The notes below the pieces were generated by a model. The model was not told the origin of the DNA. It saw only the letters and a program-made list of their open reading frames with translations, and did no database searches. A program made the translations under genes and the position numbers. A DNA stretch of 64,000 nt from an uncultured Verrucomicrobiae bacterium. Its GTDB lineage: Bacteria > Verrucomicrobiota > Verrucomicrobiia > Opitutales > Opitutaceae. Position 1 is the first letter of the stretch. Each line of letters starts with the position of its first letter. The stretch covers positions 13,805 through 77,804 of the forward strand of contig CAVVGS010000016.1 in the NCBI GenBank assembly GCA_963747795.1. The letters run 5' to 3'. Positions 20,583 to 27,979 of the stretch are shown piece by piece.

Positions 20583-21845
20583 TCAGGCCTTCCTGAAGAG
20601 CAGGACGACATTGGCCCCGCCAAATCCGCTGCTGTTCTTCATCACGACGCCCGGCGCCTCAGCAAGCGTCTGTCTCGGAATGTCAGAGCCCTCGCATTCC
20701 GGGTCGACCCGCGAAATGTGCGCGGAACCCGGCGTGAACCCTGAGCGCATCGCCAGGGCGCAAAAACCGCATCTCCATCGCGCCCGCAAGCGAAAGCCCG
20801 TGCCCGGTCAGGGCCTTCGTGCTGCTGACGACGGGGCCGCGTCCGGGCCGATGGAAAGACGGAGCGGAGCGCCCGCGCCTCGGAGACGTCGCCGATCAGG
20901 GTCGAGGTGGCATGGGCGTTCACGTAGTCGACATCCCCGGGGGCGACGCCGCTTCGCCTGAGCGCCTTCTCCATGGCGGCCCGCAGGCCGCTGCCATCCG
21001 GATGCGAGATTGCGACATTGTAGCCGTCCGACGCCTGGGCCCATCCGAGCACTTCGCAGTACGGGACGGCGCCGCGGCGGGCGACCTCCTCCTCGCTTTC
21101 GACGACGAGGACGCTGGCCCCTCCGGTGCCGACAAACCCGTCGCGGGCCGCGTCGAACGGGCGGGAGGCGATCGCCGGATCGCTTTGAGGCGAAAGCGTG
21201 CGCATCCCGGCGAAGGGCAGGATCGCGTCGGTGTTTCCGTCCTCGGCCCCGACGACGAACATGCGGTCCTGCCGGCCGAGCGCGATGTCGTCGAAGGCGA
21301 ATCCGAGCGCATGGGCCGACGAGGCGCACGCCGAGGAGAAGCCGCAGGAGGATCCCTGGATCTTGAAGGCGGCCACCAGGTTGAAATTGAGCGTTCCCAC
21401 GATCGAGGAGACGATGCCGAACGGCGAGCAGCGCATGACCCCCAGTTTCAGCATGCGCTCGTGATGGTAATGCGTGAGGAACGGCGAGCCGCCCGAGGCT
21501 GCGTTGAGCCCCGTCCGCAGGTTCGACACATCGGCGGCCTCGAGGCGGGCGTCGGCGATCGCCTGGAGCATCGCGCAATGCGCAAAAAGCCCGTTGGGCG
21601 CCATCGTGCGCAGGGTCTCGCGCTTGATCGGGTACCTCGACGGCCAGACCCAGTCCTCGCAGTCGGCCGACTCCGTGTTGAATTCCTTGACGGTGCCGAC
21701 GACCTTGCAGGGCGAGTCGGGCTTCTGGAACGGGCGGATAAAGTTCGAATCCGTGGCGCAGCTCCCGCAGGCTGCGCTCCACGGAGGCGCTGTCGTTGCC
21801 GATGCTGGTGACAAATCCAAGGCCTGTGATGAATACTCTGGGCAT
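20583..21845 (-). pseudogene. Beta-ketoacyl-ACP synthase (FabF/FabB-like), three frame disruptions
   Basis: KAS sequence is spread over three frames:
- MPRVFITGLGFVTSIGND... (ORF 20808..21845).
- ...FIRPFQKPDSPCKVVG...SSCGFSSACASSAH...DYVNAHATST... (ORF 20642..21820).
- PVVSSTKALTGHGLSLAGAMEM (third frame).
- FCALAM...KNSSGFGGANVVLLFRKA (ORF 20583..20789). Confidence 0.8.
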
Positions 21846-21855
21846 GGCCGGGCTT

Positions 21856-22021
21856 AGTCTAGCGTCTCACAAATACCGTGCCATTACCGGCCGCTTCTTG
21901 CCCTGGGACTGCGTTGCAGAAGTGGCGGGATAGCCCCTCTGGGGATACCCCCCGCTTCCGCGCCTTGCCCAGGACAAAAATCGCCTCGGTGCTGTCGCGG
22001 CATTTGTGTGGACGCTAGACT
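21856..22021. repeat. Inverted-repeat pair enclosing a ~125-nt intergenic segment
   Basis: agtctagcgtctcacaaat (21856-21874) pairs with atttgtgtggacgctagact (22002-22021). It lies between the ACP-dehydratase stop and the KAS start. Confidence 0.6.
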
Positions 22022-22057
22022 GGCGCGGCGGGAGCAAATGCTTCGCGGGCGCGCCTT

Positions 22058-23047
22058 TCAGGCGTTGGCGGCCACGCGCAGCGGAGGAGAGGAGCGGCCC
22101 GGTTCCGCGCCCACGCCGGCCGGAACGGCCGGGGCGGCTGGCGCAGGCTCGGCGGCAACCGGATTCACCGCCGCCACAAAGGCGAAGGTCAGCGTGATTT
22201 CCTCGGCGATCACGGCCTTTTCCTGGCCGACCCGGATCGCGCCCTCGAACGTCGCAAGCGGCATCTTCATGCGCTTCGGCTTGATCGACAGGGTCAGGAT
22301 GTCGCCCGGCTTGCACATCCGGTGGGCCCGCACGCCCTCGCAGCCGGTGAAGAAGATCGTGTTCGCGCCGATCGCCTTGCCCGGCTCGGCGATGGCCCCC
22401 TCAAGAAGGTAGAGGACCGCCAGCTGGCCCAGGGCCTCGAGCATGATCGAGGCGGGCATCACCGGGTTGTCCTTGAAATGGCCCTGAAGGAAGAATTCCT
22501 GGCCGGTGATCTTGTACTTGCCGTTGGCGCCGGTCGAGCTGACCGAGGCCTCGTTCAGGAAGAGGAAGGGCGGCTGCATCGGCATGACCGCGCCGATGTG
22601 CTCGATCGGGAGGAACTTGGTCGGCTTGGGCAGCGGCAGTCCGCGGATCTTGCAGTCGATGAAAGTCTTGACGTCCCCGACCGTGCGCAGGTTGCGCAGC
22701 TCGTCGTTGTTGATCGTCATCTGCAGCACATCCTCAACGAGGATGACGATCTCCATCATCGTCAGGGAGTCGATGCCCAGGTCCTCGATCAGCCGCAGGT
22801 CGTCGTCGGCGTCCTTCAGCTTCGTCCGCAGGTCCGGCTCCACAAAGCGCTCGATGACGCCGATCACGATCGCCGGAACGTGCTCCGGGTTGCCGGTCTT
22901 CCGGTATTGCACGGCCGCCTCGAAAGTCGATGGCGAGCATCGCTTTAGCGCCTCGCGAAGCGCTGTTTCATCCTCGGGCGTAAAAGGTTTGGCCAGCGCC
23001 ACAAACGGAGAACTGGCGCCCGGGCTGGGTTGGACTGCGTCTGGCAT
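22058..23047 (-). CDS. Acyl carrier protein fused to a FabZ/FabA-like hotdog dehydratase
   Basis: LGIDSLTMMEIV phosphopantetheine-attachment motif is followed by GHFKDNPVMPASIMLEALGQ dehydratase motif in one ORF. ATG 23047 is chosen and ATG 23092 is possible. The Ala/Pro-rich C-terminal tail is of uncertain reality. Confidence 0.7.
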   Translation of the reverse strand: MPDAVQPSPGASSPFVALAKPFTPEDETALREALKRCSPSTFEAAVQYRKTGNPEHVPAIVIGVIERFVEPDLRTKLKDADDDLRLIEDLGIDSLTMMEIVILVEDVLQMTINNDELRNLRTVGDVKTFIDCKIRGLPLPKPTKFLPIEHIGAVMPMQPPFLFLNEASVSSTGANGKYKITGQEFFLQGHFKDNPVMPASIMLEALGQLAVLYLLEGAIAEPGKAIGANTIFFTGCEGVRAHRMCKPGDILTLSIKPKRMKMPLATFEGAIRVGQEKAVIAEEITLTFAFVAAVNPVAAEPAPAAPAVPAGVGAEPGRSSPPLRVAANA

Positions 23048-23240
23048 CGTTTGGTTCTTGTATGTTACAGGCCCATGCAAAGTAAATCCCATTCTTGGCC
23101 GCCCAAACTGCTGCAAATGGCGTGCCGGCCGCGTTTGAACGCGATTCCCGCGATCGTTGCGAGCTTGCCAGCCCCCTTCAGCCCGCTTAGCTTGCCGCCT
23201 CCCTGCAGATGCTGCCGAACCGCCACCTTCCCGCCGCCGC

Positions 23241-24398
23241 ATGAACCCGCCCGCATCGCTGGGGCCATCCGGGCCGGTCTACCTGATCACCCACGAGTTC
23301 TATCCGGTGCGCGGCGGCATCGCCACGTTCGCCGAGGAAATGGCCAAGGCGAGCGCAAGCCTTGGATACGATGTCGAGGTGTGGGCGCAGTCGGCGCCGA
23401 CCAACCGGGAGAAGGACTGGCCCTTCAGGCTCCGCCGGCTGCCGCTCAAGGGCAACCACGGGCTCATCTGCCAGCTGCGGCTAGCCCTCGAACTCGTCGC
23501 GTGCCGGCGCGAGCTCCGCCATGCGACCGTGTACCTCCCGGAGCCGGGGCCGATGCTGACGATGATGCTGCTCCAGTTCTTCCACGCGTTCCGCCCGCGC
23601 CGCCTGGTGCTTACCTTCCACGGCTCTGAAATCCTGAGGTTTGCGGGCAGCCCGTATCGGCGCTGGCTCGGCCGTCGGCTCATCCGCAACGCCACGCGGA
23701 TAAGCACGCTGAGCAACTACACCCGGGAACTCCTTCTCATGCATTTCCCGGAGGCTGCGGACAAGACATTCCTCACCCCGGGGGCCTTGCGGTCGGATTT
23801 CATGGTCTTGCCGGCGGCGCGGGCGGCCAGGAGGGGCAAGATCGCCGTCCTTACGGTCGGCCGACTGCATCCCCGCAAAGGCCAATTGCTCACGCTGCAG
23901 GCGCTGCAGATGCTGCCTCCCCAGGTCCGCAGCCGCCTCGAGTACTGGCTCGTAAGCGGCAAGAGCAAGAAGGACTATGAGCAGCAGGTCCGGGCGACGG
24001 CGGAGGCGACGCCGGACCTGTCGGTGCGGTTTTTCGGCAATTTGCCCGACGACGAGCTGGCCCAGGTGTACGAGCAGGCCGACATCTTCGCCATGACGAG
24101 CGTCAGTCACGGCCACAGCGTCGAGGGATTCGGGCTCGTCTATCTCGAGGCTGCGGCGCACGGGCTGCCCGTCGTGGCCCACGACATCGGCGGCGTGTCC
24201 GAGGCCGTCCTCGACGGCCTGACCGGGCTCCTCGTCCCTCCGGAGCGGCCCGCCCAGCTTGCGGCGGCTTTCGAAAAGCTCATCCACGACGAGGACCTGC
24301 GCCGGCAGCTGGGCGCCGCCGGGCGTGAGTGGGCCCGGCGAAATTGCTGGAAGCAATCCGCCGAGGCCCTTTTCGGCGCCTTCGGGTCGGCGGCATGA
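23241..24398 (+). CDS. Family 4 (GT-B) glycosyltransferase
   Basis: N-terminal ITHEFYPVRGGIATF and C-terminal E..G.V.LEA.A.G.PVVA motif (EGFGLVYLEAAAHGLPVVAH). Confidence 0.85.
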   Translation: MNPPASLGPSGPVYLITHEFYPVRGGIATFAEEMAKASASLGYDVEVWAQSAPTNREKDWPFRLRRLPLKGNHGLICQLRLALELVACRRELRHATVYLPEPGPMLTMMLLQFFHAFRPRRLVLTFHGSEILRFAGSPYRRWLGRRLIRNATRISTLSNYTRELLLMHFPEAADKTFLTPGALRSDFMVLPAARAARRGKIAVLTVGRLHPRKGQLLTLQALQMLPPQVRSRLEYWLVSGKSKKDYEQQVRATAEATPDLSVRFFGNLPDDELAQVYEQADIFAMTSVSHGHSVEGFGLVYLEAAAHGLPVVAHDIGGVSEAVLDGLTGLLVPPERPAQLAAAFEKLIHDEDLRRQLGAAGREWARRNCWKQSAEALFGAFGSAA

Positions 24399-24820
24399 TC
24401 CGGTCCATCGCGCAGGTCGAGGTTCGCTACGCCGAGACCGACATGATGGGTTTTGTCTACCATGCGAACTATCTCCCCTGGTTCGAAATCGGGCGCACTC
24501 AGCTCTTCAAGGAGATCGGCATTCCGTACCGCCAGCTCGAGGCCGAAGGCTACCGGCTGCCGGTCCTGGAGGTTTCGGTGCGGTACCTGCGGCCGGCCCT
24601 CTACGATGACAAGGTTTCGATCGTGACTGTCCTGCGGGAAAAGCCGCTGCTGCGGATAGGCCTGGAATACGAGGTGTTGCGCGGCTCGGAGCTTCTGGCC
24701 ACCGGGAGCAGCTCGCACGCGTTCATCGACCGCGAGGGGCGCCCGGTGAGGCCGCCGGCCTGGGTCGTCGCGAAGCTGGACGAGGCGCTGAAAGCGCAAG
24801 GGGAGTCAACATCGAGGTAG
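24395..24820 (+). CDS. 4HBT/YbgC-type acyl-CoA or acyl-ACP thioesterase
   Basis: VRYAETDMMGFVYHANYLPWFE hotdog thioesterase motif. Its ATG overlaps the GT4 stop (ATGA). Confidence 0.8.
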   Translation: MIRSIAQVEVRYAETDMMGFVYHANYLPWFEIGRTQLFKEIGIPYRQLEAEGYRLPVLEVSVRYLRPALYDDKVSIVTVLREKPLLRIGLEYEVLRGSELLATGSSSHAFIDREGRPVRPPAWVVAKLDEALKAQGESTSR

Positions 24821-24836
24821 GGGGATTGCCCCTACC

Positions 24837-25994
24837 TCAAGGCAAAGGCCCGGGTCCGCCATGAATCTCGTCCAGCCGGTACTCCTCTAATACAGCCGGA
24901 TCGGTCTCTGTCTCGAGCGCCGGGCGGAGCAGGTCACGAGCATCGGCGCCGGCGAGGCGGTGCACGGCCCACACTGCGTGGATCCGGATTAGGGGAAGCT
25001 CGTGGGCCGCCAGGCGCGCGAGCTGGGGCAGCAGCGAGCGGTCGCCTGTGTTGCCGGCGGCGATACAGACATTGCGCATGAATCCGGCGTATTTCAGGCG
25101 CCTGACGGCCGTGCCGCGAAATTGCGCCGAAAAGCCCGCTTGCGTCATGTCCAGCAACTCGGCCCAGGAAAGCTCGCCCAGGCCCGGCCGGGCGGACAAT
25201 AGCATCCGGCGTCCGGCGCCGGCGAAGCGGTTCCATGGGCAGACCTCCAGGCAGACGTCGCATCCGAACACACGCGTTCCGATGCCCGGGCGGAGGTCGC
25301 GCGGGACGATGCCGCGGTTTTCGATCGTCTGGTAGGAGATGCAGCGCCGCGCGTCCACAACGCCGGGGGCCGGAAACGCCCGCGTCGGACAGGCGTCCAG
25401 GCAGCGTGTGCACTTTCCGCAGAAAAGGCCGACCGCCCCGCTGGGCCCGGCTCCCTTGGACAGCGGAGGGTCGGGCGGAAGCTCCACGCGGGTCAGGATC
25501 GCCGCCAGCAGGAGGGCGTTTCCATGACTCCGGGAAATCAGCATGGCGTTCTTGCCTGCAAACCCGATGCCGGCGCGGGCGGCCCAATCGCGCTCGAGGA
25601 CGGGTCCGGTGTCGACGTAAGCGCGGTAGTCGCCGGGGGCGGCCCCGAAAACCTCCTCGAGGATGCGCCCCGCCAGCACGAGACCCGGCTTGATCGTGTC
25701 GTGGTAATCCGTGTACTGGGCGTATCGGGCGAACAGCGGACGGCCGGGCCCGGCCCCGCCTCCCCCGGCCCAATAGTTGACTCCGAGGGCGATTATGGAG
25801 CGGACACCGGGCAGCACGAGTTCAGGCGACAGGCGCTTCGCCGCGGTCCTGTCCATCCAGCCCATGTCGGCCTGGTGGCCGGCGGCGAGCCAGTCGCGCA
25901 AGCCGTCCGCAGCGACGGGTCCGGCCGCGGCATAACGCACCTCGTCAAAGCCGAGCGCCGTTATCCGCCTCCGCAATTCCCCGGGACGATCCAT
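24837..25994 (-). CDS. queG: Epoxyqueuosine reductase
   Basis: CGKCTRCLDACPT and CDVCLEVCPWN ferredoxin motifs plus a C-terminal HEAT-like region. ATG 25994 is chosen (MDRPGELRRRI...). Confidence 0.85.
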   Translation of the reverse strand: MDRPGELRRRITALGFDEVRYAAAGPVAADGLRDWLAAGHQADMGWMDRTAAKRLSPELVLPGVRSIIALGVNYWAGGGGAGPGRPLFARYAQYTDYHDTIKPGLVLAGRILEEVFGAAPGDYRAYVDTGPVLERDWAARAGIGFAGKNAMLISRSHGNALLLAAILTRVELPPDPPLSKGAGPSGAVGLFCGKCTRCLDACPTRAFPAPGVVDARRCISYQTIENRGIVPRDLRPGIGTRVFGCDVCLEVCPWNRFAGAGRRMLLSARPGLGELSWAELLDMTQAGFSAQFRGTAVRRLKYAGFMRNVCIAAGNTGDRSLLPQLARLAAHELPLIRIHAVWAVHRLAGADARDLLRPALETETDPAVLEEYRLDEIHGGPGPLP

Positions 25995-26005
25995 GGCCCG
26001 GCCTC

Positions 26006-26548
26006 TCAGCGTCCCCGCACGAATTCGGCGGATTCGTGGTTCCAGAGGCGGATCACATGCGCGACCACTTCGCGCAACGGGCGCGCATCGGTCAGGATGA
26101 CGGTGCCCGAATTGCGGTAGACCGGCTCGCGCTCGGCGAAAAGCGCCCGGATTCGGCCGGCCGGGTCGTCGCAATCCAGGAGCGGCCGGTTGTTCTGACG
26201 GCCCGTCCTCTCGAGTATGGTCTCGATCGAGGCATGCAGGCATATCACCACGCCACGTTTCTTCAGCATTCCGGCGACTCCCGGCTGGATGACCAGGCCC
26301 CCGCCGCACGCCACAACGGCGCGTTGCGCCGGATGCCCCGACTCGACGAACTCAAGTTCCATCCTTCGAAAGGCCGCCTCTCCCGGGCCTGCAAAGATCT
26401 CGGGAATCGTCCGGCCGCTGCGCCTCTCGATCTCGCGGTCGCTGTCCACGTACTCGAAACCAAGGCGCTGCGCGGCAAGACGGCCGACAGTCGTCTTGCC
26501 CGTACCCATGAAGCCGACAAGGTACAGATTGACGTCCGATGCGTTCAT
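26006..26548 (-). CDS. aroK: Shikimate kinase
   Basis: LVGFMGTGKTTVGR P-loop, DSD and GGG motifs. ATG 26548 is chosen. The upstream part of the ORF runs into a repeat element. Confidence 0.9.
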   Translation of the reverse strand: MNASDVNLYLVGFMGTGKTTVGRLAAQRLGFEYVDSDREIERRSGRTIPEIFAGPGEAAFRRMELEFVESGHPAQRAVVACGGGLVIQPGVAGMLKKRGVVICLHASIETILERTGRQNNRPLLDCDDPAGRIRALFAEREPVYRNSGTVILTDARPLREVVAHVIRLWNHESAEFVRGR

Positions 26549-26568
26549 CGTGCCGAGAGTGCCATCTG

Positions 26569-26816
26569 TATTTGACGGTAGCATGACCTTCCTCGTCGGA
26601 TGCGGCCGATGCCCAGATCTGCCGTCAAGCCCGGCCGCCAATGTGACCTCGGCTGCCCGATGGCACCCGCCGAGGTCATCCCTTCGGGACTCGGCTTCGC
26701 CTCGCCATCTTCGCACTGTTGCGCTTCGTGCAGCCGGCAGGTCTGCCGGCAAGATGGCGGCCAAGAGACGTCAGATGAGGCCGCAACTCCTCGGCAGGCT
26801 ATGCTACCGTCAAATT
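26569..26816 (+). repeat. Foldback element, family copy A (with ~90-nt internal insertion)
   Basis: The shared core runs cctcgtcgg...gcaactcctcgg. It is flanked by the locus-specific inverted repeat atttgacggtagcat / atgctaccgtcaaat. It lies between the FKBP stop and the aroK start. Confidence 0.8.
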
Positions 26817-26871
26817 CAAAGGCACACGCGCCCATCAGACCTAAGTTCCACAATCGGGCGCCTGGAAACGC

Positions 26872-27675
26872 TCAGCCGCCAGGGGCGGGAGCGGGAGCGG
26901 CAGCCGGGGGCGGAGTCGGTTGAATGTCCAGCAGCTCAACATCAAAAACGAGCGTGGAGCCCGGCGGAATTCCAGTGCGGCCTTCGTCGCCGTAAGCCAG
27001 CGATGACGGGACGTACAGCCTGATCTTTCCGCCCTTGTTGATCTTCTGGATGCCCTCGGTCCAGCCCGCGATGACTCCGGATAATGCGAATTCAGCCGGC
27101 TGGCCGCTCCTGGCCGAGCTGTCGAACTCCGTGCCGTCGATCAGTGTGCCCGTGTAGTTCACCTTGACCGTGTCAGTCGCCTTCGGGTAGGGCCCCTGGC
27201 CCGGGCTGACGATCTCGTAGCGGAGGCCGGTCGGCGACTCGACCACGTTCTTGTTCTCCTTCAGTTTGGCGAAGAAAGCGGCGGACTGCGTCGCATTCTG
27301 CTGCTTCAGTGCACCCATGTAGCTGGCCTGCTTCGCCTGCATCAGCGCATCGACCTCGGGCCCGATCTTGGCGAGCTCGTAGGGCGCCGGCTTGCCGTCC
27401 ATCGCCGACGAGAAGCCCTTCAACAGGGCGGCGACCTCCTCCGCGGAAAACTTCAGGTCGGCCAGCTGGCTGCGCTTGGCAATGATCCAGCCGACCTCCT
27501 CGATCTTCTGCGCATCCGTGAAACCGGGTGCGGCGAATGAATGTCCGGCCGCGCCCGTGTCGTTGCCCACGCTCTGGGCCGAATAGTCCAACGATTTGGC
27601 AGGCTGATCGGCACGCACGAATGCGCCGGAAAGTGCCAGTAGAACAACGCAAACAAAGGGTTTCTCGATTTTCAT
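26872..27675 (-). CDS. FKBP-type peptidyl-prolyl isomerase (FkpA-like, secreted)
   Basis: Signal peptide, an N-terminal dimerisation-like helix region and a C-terminal FKBP domain (VNYTGTLIDGTEFDSS...GW.EG...GGK..L.IP..LAYG). Confidence 0.9.
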   Translation of the reverse strand: MKIEKPFVCVVLLALSGAFVRADQPAKSLDYSAQSVGNDTGAAGHSFAAPGFTDAQKIEEVGWIIAKRSQLADLKFSAEEVAALLKGFSSAMDGKPAPYELAKIGPEVDALMQAKQASYMGALKQQNATQSAAFFAKLKENKNVVESPTGLRYEIVSPGQGPYPKATDTVKVNYTGTLIDGTEFDSSARSGQPAEFALSGVIAGWTEGIQKINKGGKIRLYVPSSLAYGDEGRTGIPPGSTLVFDVELLDIQPTPPPAAAPAPAPGG

Positions 27676-27753
27676 TAGTTAGACCCGCGAAGCTGCTGCC
27701 GAGCCTCCGCGAATGCAAACAATTATGGCGGCCTCATGAGAGTGCGCTCCGAT

Positions 27754-27907
27754 CTTTCTGAGCACACCTTCCTGAGGAGTTGCGGCCTCCGCCGACGTCT
27801 CCGGGCCGCCATCCGGCCGTCAGACCTGACGGCTGCCTTGGCGGCCGGCATTGACGGAGGCTCCGGGCCTTGGCCGCACCCGACGAGGGAAGGTGTGCTC
27901 CAGAAAG
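27754..27907 (-). repeat. Foldback element, family copy B (inverted orientation)
   Basis: The reverse complement aligns with copy C over ~118 nt with about 13 mismatches by eye. It is flanked by ctttctgagcacaccttcc / ggaaggtgtgctccagaaag. Confidence 0.8.
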
Positions 27908-27979
27908 ATTGGAACGCGCCTTCACCCACTCGCCGCTTGTCTACCGCCCCCCGCACCCTATTATTGATCCCTTTCCAAT

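Noticed and set aside
26765-26785. Hammerhead-like CUGAUGA-type sequence (cagatgagg) in foldback copy A
   Set aside because: The segment is ggcggagg in copies B and C, and its changes are compensated as a plain helix. No GAAA or other hammerhead core elements are present.
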